Below are positions 18,699 through 28,609 of a stretch of 64,000 nucleotides of DNA, in pieces. The translations under genes and the position numbers were made by a program. The notes under the pieces are model-generated. The model ran no database searches. It was not told the DNA's origin and worked only from the letters and a program-made list of their open reading frames with translations. How positions within the stretch are numbered: position 1 is the stretch's first letter; every line of letters starts with the position of its first letter. Source of the stretch: Candidatus Latescibacterota bacterium (GTDB lineage Bacteria; Latescibacterota; UBA2968; GCA-2709665); the NCBI GenBank assembly GCA_965208835.1, contig OZ242358.1:1728001-1792000 (forward strand), written 5' to 3'.

Positions 18699-19433
18699 AT
18701 GGGTGATGCGACGCACGAAGGATTCAGCTATTTCGCGGAAATCGCGGAATCGTACGATCGGGTCCAATCGGTCCTGAGCCCTCCCTATGCGAAGGGGCTC
18801 GAGATGATCGTCGAGCTGGTCCCGTTCGATCCGGACGAACCGTTCGATTTCGTGGATCTGGGCTGCGGCACGGCAGAGTCCACGGCGCGGGTTTTGGAGC
18901 GATTTGGCCGGGCTAGCGGCACGTGCATAGACAGCGAACCGGAGATGCTCCGGATTGCGAAACGAAAACTGACGCATTATCCCGGGAGAGTCGAGGTAAG
19001 AGAAGGAGACCTCACCGATTGCGCAATTCCGGCCTGCGACCTGGTTTTCTCAGCGAAGACCCTTCACCACGTGCACCCCGACCGTTTGTCGTCGCTCATT
19101 GCGCGAATCGCGGCCGCGCTGCGTCCCGGCGGCTGTTTCATTCTGTACGATACGATGTCGGTCGGGCCCGGCTGGTCGGACGAGGTCCGGCGGCAGGCGG
19201 CGCGCTTCCGCGAGCGTCACGTTCAGCGGGCGATCGATTCGGGAAGGGTGACGCGGGAGGAAATCGACGCCAGGCGGGATTATAAACGAATGATGAAGGC
19301 AGCCGGGAAGGACGTTGAGTACGAGCACCGCGCGGAAGACCTCATCAGCGCGATGACGGGGGCGGGGTTCAAGGAGGCCGCCGTCGTCTGGCGTCTGTTC
19401 GCCGACACGATACTGCTGGCGTTTGTGACGTAG
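18699..19433 (+). CDS. Class I SAM-dependent methyltransferase
   Basis: VDLGCGTA, LHH, LRPGGCF. Confidence 0.9.
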   Translation: MGDATHEGFSYFAEIAESYDRVQSVLSPPYAKGLEMIVELVPFDPDEPFDFVDLGCGTAESTARVLERFGRASGTCIDSEPEMLRIAKRKLTHYPGRVEVREGDLTDCAIPACDLVFSAKTLHHVHPDRLSSLIARIAAALRPGGCFILYDTMSVGPGWSDEVRRQAARFRERHVQRAIDSGRVTREEIDARRDYKRMMKAAGKDVEYEHRAEDLISAMTGAGFKEAAVVWRLFADTILLAFVT

Positions 19434-20297
19434 CTATTGCTGTCCGGCGCTGACCACGGGTTGCGTCGACTCGTGCGAGCAGAGGACGACGAGCAGGTTG
19501 CTGACCATGTTCGCCCTCTGTTCTTCATTCAGTTTGATCACGTCGTCGTCCATCAATCGCTTCAGGGCCATCTCCACCATCCCGACGGCGCCGTCGACAA
19601 TCTTCGCCCGTGCAGAAATCACCGCCTCCGCCTGCTGGCGCTGCAGCATGGCGTTGGCGATTTCCGGCGCGTAGGCGAGGTGGTTGATCCGGGCTTCCTC
19701 GATGCTGACTCCCGCGTCCTGAACGCGTTGCTGGATCTCCTTTCCGAGGGATTCAGACACCTCCGTGATCGAGGATCGCAGGCTGATTTCTTCGCCTTCA
19801 GACTGATCATAGGGGTAGCTGGTCGCGAGGTGTCTGATCGCCGATTCCGATTGGACCCTTACGTAATGTTCGTAGTCGTCCACGTCGAACAGTGCCTGCG
19901 CGGCAACCTCCACTTTCCAGACGATAACGGCGGAAATCTCAATGGGATTGCCCCTGCTGTCGTTCACCTTCAGCCGTTCGCTGTCGAAGTTCCTGACGCG
20001 CAGCGACACCTTTTTCCGGCTCTTGAACGGGTTGGTCCATCGAAACCCCTGGGTCGTTTCCGTACCCTTATAGTCGCCGAACAGCAGCATAACGACGCAC
20101 TGATTCGGTTCCACCGCGAACAGGCCCGTCAACAGGACGATCACGATCAGCAGAAGCACGATCGACGGAATAACGAAAACCGCAGCGCCAACCGCAACAC
20201 CGTGTATGAACCCGGCCACGCTCACAGCCAGAAGCAGAAGCGATACAACCAGCATCAACCAGCCGCTGGACTGAGGGGCGATCTTTTCTTCCGTCAT
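19434..20297 (-). CDS. SPFH (band 7) domain membrane protein
   Basis: [36 protein letters not shown]. Confidence 0.92.
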   Translation of the reverse strand: MTEEKIAPQSSGWLMLVVSLLLLAVSVAGFIHGVAVGAAVFVIPSIVLLLIVIVLLTGLFAVEPNQCVVMLLFGDYKGTETTQGFRWTNPFKSRKKVSLRVRNFDSERLKVNDSRGNPIEISAVIVWKVEVAAQALFDVDDYEHYVRVQSESAIRHLATSYPYDQSEGEEISLRSSITEVSESLGKEIQQRVQDAGVSIEEARINHLAYAPEIANAMLQRQQAEAVISARAKIVDGAVGMVEMALKRLMDDDVIKLNEEQRANMVSNLLVVLCSHESTQPVVSAGQQ

Positions 20298-20490
20298 GGG
20301 AGACCTCCGTAATGATGTGATTGGATATCGTCCAACTCCGAATCGGATAATTCGCGTTCCGGCGAGGAATGAGTCCACTGGTGCCGGAAGCTTTATCGCA
20401 TATTAAACGGTACGACGCGAAACCGGGGCATTTTGTTTCGGCGGTATCGTGGACACGGCCGGCGGTCGGACGTGGAGGAGGGGAATCACG

Positions 20491-21717
20491 ATGTCTGAAA
20501 TCGTCACGCTTGTCGATCGGATCGAAGAGGTCCCAGTCGTCGCGACGGGCTTACGATGGCCGGCGATGCGCGAGGGCAGGGCGTCGGACGACTATTTCAC
20601 GCGTTTTCCCGAATGCAGGAACGACTCGCTGCGGAACGACTACGGGAGCGTGCGCGCCTTCCCGAGACCATTCGCGAGGGGAGGCGGGTTCTTTCCGGTA
20701 CTTCTGAAGATGGCCGACGGGACACTCTGCTGCGCGACGCGGACCGGTTCGTGTCACGCTGGAAGCGGGGGCGAAATCAGCTTGTCGTTTTCATCTGATC
20801 GAGGGATTAAGTGGACGGACTATCGCGCGGCGGTGCGGGGAGACCCGGATCGGAATATCGACGTGCGGAACCCGGCGCTTGGCCAGGCGGGGAATGGCGA
20901 CCTCGTACTCGCATACGGCGTGATGTGCGGGATCGACGTCCGGGGACGCATCTCGACGCCCGATCCCTATGAATCGATCCAGGTGATCCGTTCGGCCGAT
21001 GGCGGGGTGACCTGGACGAATCCCGACAAGATCCCGTTCCCCGAAGTGGACCTCATGCTCCACCCTCACGGACAGATGCGATGCCTTTCTGACGGATCGC
21101 TGGCATTCAACGCGCGGGGCTTTTATTCGAAAGAGGCGTATGGCCGGGACCCGAAGCTGCCCGTGAGGATGAGCTACATTTACCGGTCGCGTGACGGAGG
21201 AAAGACCTGGTCGGACAAAACACTCGTCAAATCAGGAGGGAGCGAGACAGGTTTCCTGGCCCTGAGTGAAGATCACTGGCTCGCGTACGTCCGTTTCAAC
21301 GACGGACCGAACCGGATCGCCCGTTCGTATGACGGCGGGCGGTCCTGGTCGGGGTGGGAGCCGGCTGAACCGGAATCCGGGAGACACGACGACGGGACGA
21401 AAGGCAACTCAAGGGCCGCTTCGCCGGGCAGTATCGCGGAACTGCCGAATGGAAACGTACTGATCACGTACGGGTACCGAGCGTATCCCTTCGGCGTGCG
21501 CGCCATTGTAAGCCGCGATGGTGGAAACACCTTCGACGCGAATCGGGAGTATATCATCAGCGATACGGCCTACCATCCGGATTGCGGGTATCCGAGTACC
21601 GTGTGCTTCGAGAACGGTACAATCGTGACGGCCGCATATTCGCTGATGGACGTCGCGAATCCGGAGTGGGGCACGTGCTGTCTTGCGTACCGTTATTCGC
21701 AGCAGAACTTCGATTGA
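20491..21717 (+). CDS. BNR/Asp-box sialidase-like beta-propeller
   Basis: Repeated S.DGG.TW Asp-boxes; DCGYPST. Confidence 0.85.
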   Translation: MSEIVTLVDRIEEVPVVATGLRWPAMREGRASDDYFTRFPECRNDSLRNDYGSVRAFPRPFARGGGFFPVLLKMADGTLCCATRTGSCHAGSGGEISLSFSSDRGIKWTDYRAAVRGDPDRNIDVRNPALGQAGNGDLVLAYGVMCGIDVRGRISTPDPYESIQVIRSADGGVTWTNPDKIPFPEVDLMLHPHGQMRCLSDGSLAFNARGFYSKEAYGRDPKLPVRMSYIYRSRDGGKTWSDKTLVKSGGSETGFLALSEDHWLAYVRFNDGPNRIARSYDGGRSWSGWEPAEPESGRHDDGTKGNSRAASPGSIAELPNGNVLITYGYRAYPFGVRAIVSRDGGNTFDANREYIISDTAYHPDCGYPSTVCFENGTIVTAAYSLMDVANPEWGTCCLAYRYSQQNFD

Positions 21718-21790
21718 GGCGGCCGCGCGTCAGCGCAGAGGTCACGGCGCCGTCGATCCGTTTGTTTGAGAGTACAGGGAGTCGTATAAC

Positions 21791-22528
21791 ATGCTGATGC
21801 AGATCTCGTCTTCCGTATACTGCTGGTCCGAGATACATGGCGCAGCCAGGAATGAGCCCTATCCGTGGAACAGCTTTGTGATCCGGACCAATCACGGAGA
21901 CGACCTCGTCCTTGTCGATCCGCTCCCGCTCCCGGCTGAAGATGCGAGGGGGATCGAAGCCATGGGTAAACCTGCGCATATTCTTCTGACCTGCGAGTAC
22001 CACCTGCGCGAATCGGAAGCATTCAGGGATCGATGGGGATGCGACATTCACTTGCACGTGGACGGTTTGGATTATTCTGAGGTGACGATTGACGGGGCGT
22101 TTCTGGACGGAGACCTGCTGTGGGACCGGATCGAAGTGATCCATATTCCCGATGCCTACCATCCCGATGAGGTCGCGTTTATGGTACACGGAGAGGGAAA
22201 TACGATGATCGTGGGAGACGCGGTCTGCGGGGGCAGGAAGGATCGAGGCATACCGGACGGCGAAATCTGGATCAACGCCCCCGAGTACATCGTCGCCGAT
22301 ATGTCAAGCGCGCGAGATTCGCTGCGCAAGCTGGCCGGTCATTCATTCGAGAGAATGGTTTTCGGACATGGATCACCCATCCTGCGTGCAGCCAGCGACC
22401 GGTTCAGGGCGTTCCTGGAAGATAATGAGGCCTGGGCGAAACTGGAATCCGAAAGCGCCGAGAGAACGAACCCCGCATCGCTGGAATTCATCCGGGAAAC
22501 GGAAGCGAGAAAATCCCGTGGAGGATGA
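21791..22528 (+). CDS. Metallo-beta-lactamase-fold protein
   Basis: ILLTCEYHLR (degenerate HxHxDH), IVGDA, FGHG. Confidence 0.75.
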   Translation: MLMQISSSVYCWSEIHGAARNEPYPWNSFVIRTNHGDDLVLVDPLPLPAEDARGIEAMGKPAHILLTCEYHLRESEAFRDRWGCDIHLHVDGLDYSEVTIDGAFLDGDLLWDRIEVIHIPDAYHPDEVAFMVHGEGNTMIVGDAVCGGRKDRGIPDGEIWINAPEYIVADMSSARDSLRKLAGHSFERMVFGHGSPILRAASDRFRAFLEDNEAWAKLESESAERTNPASLEFIRETEARKSRGG

Positions 22529-22627
22529 AGGCGAGGGGGCCGGGGTAGTGATACCCGGGATCGAGGGCAATTCCTCGCCGCACGGAATCTGCAGGGGCGA
22601 CCGGCCGGCGCGCCATCTCCAGGGTGG

Positions 22628-22652
22628 GTAGGGGCAACCCTTGTGGTTGCCC
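22628..22652 (+). repeat. GTAG-type REP palindrome
   Basis: GTAGGGGCAACCCTTGTGGTTGCCC. Confidence 0.75.
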
Positions 22653-22733
22653 GGCCATCAGGGAGCGGCTAAGGTCCATTCATGTAAATTTCCTATGCAA
22701 AGATGCATAACAGGACAAAAAGGAGGATTCCCC

Positions 22734-23129
22734 GTGCCTCAGAACACCGGCTTCGGCCTGTCCGTGATCGGGCAGATTTCGGTAACCGTTCAGGACCTCG
22801 ACCGGGCGGTCGCATTTTACCGCGATAAACTTGGCATGCAGTTCCTGTTCCGCGTTCCGGGGATGGCCTTTTTCAATTGCTCGGGCGTCCGGCTTCTGCT
22901 CGGTCTGTCGGAGGATGAATCGGCGGACGTGCACGCTTCAGTGATCTATTACAAGGTCGACAACCTCGAAGGCACATGTGAGGAACTGCGTTCGCGCGGT
23001 GTCGATTTCGAGAGTGAGCCTCACAAGATTGCCGATATGCCCGACCATGAGCTGTGGATGGCGTTCTTCAGGGACTCCGAGATGAATCTGATGGCGCTGA
23101 TGGCCGAGAAGCCGAGAGAGGACCATTAG
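22734..23129 (+). CDS. VOC/glyoxalase family protein
   Basis: IGQISVTVQDLDRAVAFYRDKLG, WMAFFRD.E.N; AGGAGG RBS before GTG. Confidence 0.9.
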   Translation: MPQNTGFGLSVIGQISVTVQDLDRAVAFYRDKLGMQFLFRVPGMAFFNCSGVRLLLGLSEDESADVHASVIYYKVDNLEGTCEELRSRGVDFESEPHKIADMPDHELWMAFFRDSEMNLMALMAEKPREDH

Positions 23130-23324
23130 CCTCAATCCGAAAGAAACTGCAACGCGGCGACGCGATAAAACCCTCCGAAACGGGGCAATATCGACGTATG
23201 GAATGACGTTTTTTCCCTTCACGTCCAGTGACTTGGTGTATCCTGGTAATCCGCCGTTTAATCGCCTTTATTTACAAGCACATATTTGAATTAACGTCAC
23301 CAAAGACTTACGAATCAAGGTTAG
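23126..23324. mobile_element. 199-bp MITE, copy 1
   Basis: Highly similar to 54459-54657; bounded by TTAG direct repeats; imperfect TIR CCTCAATCC/GAATCAAGG. Confidence 0.85.
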
Positions 23325-23351
23325 TCGCCGCACTCCAGACGGAGCAGACCG

Positions 23352-23807
23352 GTGGATCAAATCGAAGAACTGTCGTTTTCATTTCGCTGCGTCATCGATA
23401 AGCCCGTGGCCGAGGTCTTCGATGCCGTCACGGGCAGGACGGCGATCAGCACCTACTTCACCGATGACGCCAGCGCGGGACTGGATGCCGGGCGAACGGT
23501 TAATTGGCGATTCGGCGACGTCGAGGTGGACGTCGCGGTAGAGGAGGTGATCCGCAACAGGAGAGTCGTCTGCACCTGGCCCGCCTGCAACGACGTCGGT
23601 TACAGGACGCGCTTCGTGTTCGATTTCGAAGCGCTGAACGGCGGAACGAGGATTTCGGTGAGCGAATCCGGATGGCGGCCCGACCGGGACGGGATCGACA
23701 GCGCTTTCGATCAGTGTTCGGGCTGGACGCATTTCTTCGCGAGCCTGAAGGCACGGCTTGAATACGACGTGGACCTCAAACGCTTCTACGAACATGATGA
23801 TGGCTGA
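23352..23807 (+). CDS. SRPBCC/AHSA1 domain protein
   Basis: PVAEVFDA, T.ISVSESGW, GWTHFFASLKA.LE. Confidence 0.85.
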   Translation: MDQIEELSFSFRCVIDKPVAEVFDAVTGRTAISTYFTDDASAGLDAGRTVNWRFGDVEVDVAVEEVIRNRRVVCTWPACNDVGYRTRFVFDFEALNGGTRISVSESGWRPDRDGIDSAFDQCSGWTHFFASLKARLEYDVDLKRFYEHDDG

Positions 23808-24085
23808 TCGACCGTCGTCCGATCAGCGAAATCCGCCGATCGCTCGATGGGATTTGGCGAACACCGCGCGCCGTGCCGGGTAGACCGGTCTGCGGCGCGT
23901 TTCACGTTATGTTCGCGCCTTACAGGGAGAAGCGGACCGGGGATTCCCGGCCCGCGGGTTGCGGCGTCGTGGGTTTGTAGAACGATCGGCACGTATAGCG
24001 TAGGCGGCGCCGGTGTGACAGGCGTCAATTGCGTCGACCGGCGAGCGAATCTCGTGTATTTCAACACCGGCGGCTAAGCGCCGTC

Positions 24086-24574
24086 TCAGTCCCGTCCGGA
24101 AGGCGGATCCGCCGGACCTGAGGCTCGCCGCAGACCGCGCCAGATCGCGAGGATCAGCATGGGAATGCCGACCAGAACCAGAAACGGGACGAGCGCGTAG
24201 ATGACCACCATGTGGGGTCCGAGCAAGCCGCCCAGAAGGCTGAACAGGACCGCAAGCGGCGTTGCGATCGCCAACCCGACCAGAATCCAGACCCTGGGGG
24301 TACCGCTGACGCCCCTCAATAGGTGCTGCGCGAGCAATCCTATCAACGCGCCGGCGATAAAAAACAGAGCCAGGCCGGACAGGATGCCCGGAAGCGCAAG
24401 AAGCAACCCGAACGGGTCGGAGTGATGCATCGTGCCGAAACGAATAACGGCCACCAGCACCTGAAGAATGCACAGCCCCAGACCGAACCACACCGGTAGC
24501 TTCCAGTAGTCCCACGAGCGACGGTTTGGCGCTTCCGGTTGACCTGTAGCGGCGGTTCCGTCGGCGTGTTCCAT
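24086..24574 (-). CDS. Hypothetical 4-TM membrane protein
   Basis: GGAGG RBS; four hydrophobic segments. Confidence 0.65.
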   Translation of the reverse strand: MEHADGTAATGQPEAPNRRSWDYWKLPVWFGLGLCILQVLVAVIRFGTMHHSDPFGLLLALPGILSGLALFFIAGALIGLLAQHLLRGVSGTPRVWILVGLAIATPLAVLFSLLGGLLGPHMVVIYALVPFLVLVGIPMLILAIWRGLRRASGPADPPSGRD

Positions 24575-24679
24575 GGCAGTGATCCTCCGTCGGTTTCGAT
24601 GCAACGAACGGAAGGGTTTCCGTCCGACTGAAAGAACGTCGTGCTCAGGGAGCGGCGTCCCTGGATGGCAGATGAGACA

Positions 24680-24860
24680 TTACACTCGCTTCCCCGGAAA
24701 ATCGAAAAAGGTGTCCGGAAAGGGTCCCATCTGCGAGTGAAAAGTGGCACCATTCACTGTCACAATTGACAAAGCCGTGTCGTTCCATCAACGCCTTCAG
24801 CAATTGACGGTTGCGTTTTTTGTCGTTCGGCAATCCGGGAATCCGCCGCACGAAATGAAC
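24680..24860 (-). pseudogene. 3' remnant of VanX/DdpX D-Ala-D-Ala dipeptidase (M15D)
   Basis: NRQLLKALMERHGFVN..SEWCHFSL, then after a frameshift PFPDTFFDFPGKRV*. Confidence 0.7.
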
Positions 24861-24994
24861 CTTTGGCCCCCCGGTCGCGCCTTGCAGGATAGAGGAAATG
24901 CGATTGAATGTATGTTCTGTGAAATGCCACAGAAAAAACCTCGCAGCGTGTGAAGTGACTTGACGTTTCGCCAGGATCTTTGGGAGAGAAAGCC

Positions 24995-25816
24995 ATGATA
25001 CTCGAAAACGAAACGATAGCAAATCATCCGTTTCCGCTGACAAGGCCGGATGTCACAATACTCGAGAGTTCCGAGAAGATAGACGAGATTGATTGCAAGG
25101 AGCTGCAGTGGTGGTTCGCCATTCCGAAACTGTGCGAACACTGCCTTTGGGCAGCCTATGAGTCCGAAACGTTGGCGTTAACCGCGGTCGTCGAGATTGT
25201 ATCCACTGTTCCTGCGACGATCCGGGACATCGACTGCGTCGAACTCCGATTGAGAGAATGGTCGGCTCGTGACCATTGGCCGATGGACTTTAACCCTGGT
25301 CTCATGTACGCACTGCTGGACGAACAGCAGGCGAGGTGGCTTTCCGTCGTCAAGACCCGAGATGGAAGACGCGTCTTTGAAACCGTGGGGGACAAATGGT
25401 TTGAGGAGAACTGGGGGGGAACGATGAGGCGCCGAATTGTAGATGATCGTCGCTACCGACGCCAACCCGATGGCTCGTATAAGACTGGCAACGGTACAGG
25501 GATAGGTGCAGGGACCTACGATGTAACGATCGGCGGAAATTCTTTTTGTTGTCTCCGTGTATTGGAAGCCGACCTTGCCGAACCGAACGGCGGCGAACTT
25601 GTGGAGGCATTCATTGAGCGCGGAGGGCGGACCGTGTTCTTTAGACGGTACGATGGTCAGTTCTACCGAGACGGCGATCTGGTCAGGAAGTATCCGGACA
25701 ATCGCCGAATCGTCATCAACGACACGGTGTATGTGCATCATGACTGCAGCGGGCGGGCTCACGATACAATCACGCAATATGCTCTGCAACCTGCTCGCTC
25801 GGACGATTGCCAGTAA
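24995..25816 (+). CDS. Hypothetical protein, paralogue of the C-terminal domain of the adjacent sigma factor
   Basis: Collinear motifs shared with 26413-27243. Confidence 0.8.
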   Translation: MILENETIANHPFPLTRPDVTILESSEKIDEIDCKELQWWFAIPKLCEHCLWAAYESETLALTAVVEIVSTVPATIRDIDCVELRLREWSARDHWPMDFNPGLMYALLDEQQARWLSVVKTRDGRRVFETVGDKWFEENWGGTMRRRIVDDRRYRRQPDGSYKTGNGTGIGAGTYDVTIGGNSFCCLRVLEADLAEPNGGELVEAFIERGGRTVFFRRYDGQFYRDGDLVRKYPDNRRIVINDTVYVHHDCSGRAHDTITQYALQPARSDDCQ

Positions 25817-25857
25817 CTGCGATTGAGGTGCACAGCGCACAATACAGCGGTTTTCGA

Positions 25858-27243
25858 ATGACAAATCCACACGACCAACAACTGGCGAAGCGGGTTCTGG
25901 AGGGCAGCGAGGCCGCCTTCGTGACTCTCATCCGACGCTACGAGCGCGTCCTGGCCGGGTTGATCCGTTCCCGTATCGGTTCCGGCGAACAGGTGCGGGA
26001 CGTGATGCAGGAAACCCTTGTCCACGCCTGGTGCGGCCTGCGACGGGCCACGCCGCGTGACGTGCGTCCGTGGTTGCTGCAGGTGGCCCGAAACCGCTGC
26101 CGCGATTACTTCAGGTCGCCCCAGCGCCGCGAACTGTACGTCGGGAGCGAAGTCCTGACGCCGCTGGTCAACCGCAGCGGGCTCGCGCAGTCACGGGAGC
26201 GGGAGGCCGCCATGGCTATCCTGGAAGCCATGGACGAGGTACCCGAACGCGAGAGGGCCGCGCTGCGCGCGTTCTACGTCGACGGTCTGAGCATCGCCGA
26301 AATCGCCGCCCGCCACCGCAGTCCCGACGGCACGGTCAAGCGGCGTCTCTCGTACGGCCGCGACCGGATCCGAAGAGCCATGGGAATCACCCCAACGAGG
26401 AGGAAGACCGACATGAAAGCAAGACAACAAGACTTTCCGCGACATCGCCCCGAGATTCGCATTCACCCCAGCGCGGAGAAATCCCTCCGTGTCGATTTCA
26501 CGGAAATGGCGTGGTGGTTTGTCGTGCCGGTGGTGGGTGACAGGACCGGATGGGGCATGTACGATCGTTTGGACGACCCTGACGAGTCGTGGTGCTTGAC
26601 TGAAACGGTATGGCTCACGGCCCATCGTCCTGCGGTGATCCACGGCCGATCATGCGTCGAGGTGGAGGTGGAGGAATTGACGGCCGAAAAGACGCGCCCA
26701 CAACGAAAGTACTGCATCACAAGGGTATGGGGCCACCTGGCCGACGACGAGGTAGAGTGGATCGCCGTGGAATCGACAAAGCCCGACGGCGTGAGTGAAC
26801 TGGAGACGTTTCTGGACGATAGATTCCACGACGACTGGTGGGGTTCACGGCGCGTCGTCGAGGACTGCAAATGCTTGTCCGAACGGGCCGATGGCACCTG
26901 GGTCAGACAGCCAGATACACCCGCCTTCACAGGCACGAGCGTGTTCGACGTCCACGTCGGCGGGCGTCAGTTCACCTGCTTGCGGGTCATTGACCTCGAT
27001 CAAAACGCCACTGAGCATGACAATTTGATAGAGGCCTATATCACCCCCGCCGGACGCACCGTGCTGTGCCGTCGTTACAACGGAAGCCGCTGGGGCAAGA
27101 AAGACGCCCCGCCGCACAACCAGGGCGAAGCGATGACATGGGAAGAGGAACTGCCGGAGAACGACCGCATCGTCATCGACGGGGTGACCTACGTGCACTG
27201 GTACGACAGGTTGTCTGCAGCGGCGTGCGGTATCGAGGATTGA
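25858..27243 (+). CDS. ECF sigma factor with ~275-aa C-terminal extension
   Basis: Region 2 DVMQETL..AW...WLLQVARNRCRD; region 4 GLSIAEIA...GTVKRRL. Confidence 0.9.
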   Translation: MTNPHDQQLAKRVLEGSEAAFVTLIRRYERVLAGLIRSRIGSGEQVRDVMQETLVHAWCGLRRATPRDVRPWLLQVARNRCRDYFRSPQRRELYVGSEVLTPLVNRSGLAQSREREAAMAILEAMDEVPERERAALRAFYVDGLSIAEIAARHRSPDGTVKRRLSYGRDRIRRAMGITPTRRKTDMKARQQDFPRHRPEIRIHPSAEKSLRVDFTEMAWWFVVPVVGDRTGWGMYDRLDDPDESWCLTETVWLTAHRPAVIHGRSCVEVEVEELTAEKTRPQRKYCITRVWGHLADDEVEWIAVESTKPDGVSELETFLDDRFHDDWWGSRRVVEDCKCLSERADGTWVRQPDTPAFTGTSVFDVHVGGRQFTCLRVIDLDQNATEHDNLIEAYITPAGRTVLCRRYNGSRWGKKDAPPHNQGEAMTWEEELPENDRIVIDGVTYVHWYDRLSAAACGIED

Positions 27244-27270
27244 CGGACACAGATCGTGCCTGACGACAGT

Positions 27271-27831
27271 CTATCGCACTCGGCGGTAGGTCATCGTATG
27301 AGACATGGTCTGCTTGCCACCCTCGTACATCGTCCAGGTCTGAGACATCTCGTCGGGGCCGTTGAAAGCGATCGAGACGGAATGCATGTGCGACTCGTCG
27401 GGCGAATCGAGAGAACCCTCGACCAGCTCTAGCGCGATCACCCCGTCGGTGGATTTTGCCAGGCTCATCTGCGGCTGATTGCCCTTCGCGCAATAGTGGG
27501 TCATCCACAGCCTGCCGCCGCGGTCGTGGTAGACGGAGATCATCTCCTTTGGCGTGTCCGGGAAGTTGCGCTCGACGATGACGCTGCCATTGGCCGCCAC
27601 CCGGTACTCCGTTGCAACCGTGGTCATCGCGCCCTTCCCGCCCCCGGGCATCGGCATCTCGGACTCCCAGCGCCCGACCAGCGTTTTCAGCCGCTCGAAT
27701 TCCGCCGAGCCGGCGTGTGCTCCAGCCTGCTTTTCTGCCTCTCCTTCCGGTTTACCCCCGTTTTCCCCTGCAAAAGCCGAAAAAGCGAAAATTGCAATAA
27801 GGACCGGCAGAACGAGTGTGGCTCTCTTCAT
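27271..27831 (-). CDS. Secreted hypothetical protein (lipocalin/DUF1579-like barrel)
   Basis: Signal peptide; FERLKTLVGRW, MTHYCA.GNQP. Confidence 0.7.
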   Translation of the reverse strand: MKRATLVLPVLIAIFAFSAFAGENGGKPEGEAEKQAGAHAGSAEFERLKTLVGRWESEMPMPGGGKGAMTTVATEYRVAANGSVIVERNFPDTPKEMISVYHDRGGRLWMTHYCAKGNQPQMSLAKSTDGVIALELVEGSLDSPDESHMHSVSIAFNGPDEMSQTWTMYEGGKQTMSHTMTYRRVR

Positions 27832-27938
27832 TATGGATTGCTCCTTTCGGCAGTGCAACAAAAACACAATTGAAATGAGGATATTGGCGACGGCAATTAC
27901 CTAACAAATCCCGGATTCGTCTCGAGTCCTTCCTCCTG

Positions 27939-28334
27939 TCAGACCGACTCGAGAAACGCAACGACTTCAGCCGCCTCCGCGCCTCCGTTCCTGGCGTGGA
28001 CGATCAGTGGAATCCCGTGGGGTCCCTCTACGTTAACGACCTCAGGATTGTCGGCGACGGCCGCGCGCACGATGTCGAGTTTGCCCAGCATCGCCGCGGC
28101 GAAAACATCGATCCGTGCGCCCCTGTCCAGCAGATACATTGCGATGTCCCTGCGTCCCACGTGCGCCGCCGCACCCAGGCCCGTCTCCCAGTCGCCGCCG
28201 CCCCAATCCCAGCACGCATTGACCAGGTTCGGTTCTTCGTCGAGCAGTTCTTTCACGCGGTCGAAGTCGCCGTGGGAACACGCGACGAAATCCCTGACGA
28301 AGTCCGATGCAATGGCTGGCTTATTCTCCGCCAT
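27939..28334 (-). CDS. Ankyrin repeat protein
   Basis: HGDFDRVKELL, ETGLGAAAHVG..DIAMYLLDRGA. Confidence 0.88.
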   Translation of the reverse strand: MAENKPAIASDFVRDFVACSHGDFDRVKELLDEEPNLVNACWDWGGGDWETGLGAAAHVGRRDIAMYLLDRGARIDVFAAAMLGKLDIVRAAVADNPEVVNVEGPHGIPLIVHARNGGAEAAEVVAFLESV

Positions 28335-28534
28335 TGGTCAACTCCTTGTCCAAGGCGTTAATTCAGTACGTGTTCGCAGGCGGTACGGGATGACGTCCTG
28401 ATGCCGATTGATGTGTACCCGGGAAAATTTCGAGAGTTTTCGATTCCCGGTATTGGAGCGTGGAGGCGGGACGAGGGCGGGATCGGTTGATTCAGAACGC
28501 AAGATATTAATAATTAAAAAATTATGCGAAAAAC

Positions 28535-28609
28535 TGGTGACCCCGAGGGGAGTCGAACCCCCGTTGCCGGGTTGAAAACCCGGTGTCCTAACCACTGAAC
28601 GACGGGGTC
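28535..28609 (-). tRNA. tRNA-Glu(UUC)
   Basis: Cloverleaf GACCCCG..CCGGG-TTTTCAA-CCCGG..GGTTCGACT..CGGGGTCACCA. Confidence 0.96.

Noticed and set aside
20491-21717. True sialidase activity for the BNR proteins (also 56292-57512)
   Set aside because: Asp-boxes indicate fold only; no clear FRIP motif, so substrate is unassigned
23808-24085. Possible ncRNA or small ORF between convergent genes
   Set aside because: Only short GC stems; no promoter, RBS or recognisable motif
15900-28535. Genomic island integrated at the tRNA-Glu 3' end
   Set aside because: Accessory-looking genes, but no integrase and no convincing duplicate of the tRNA 3' end (only a 9-bp GTGACCCCG near 18577)
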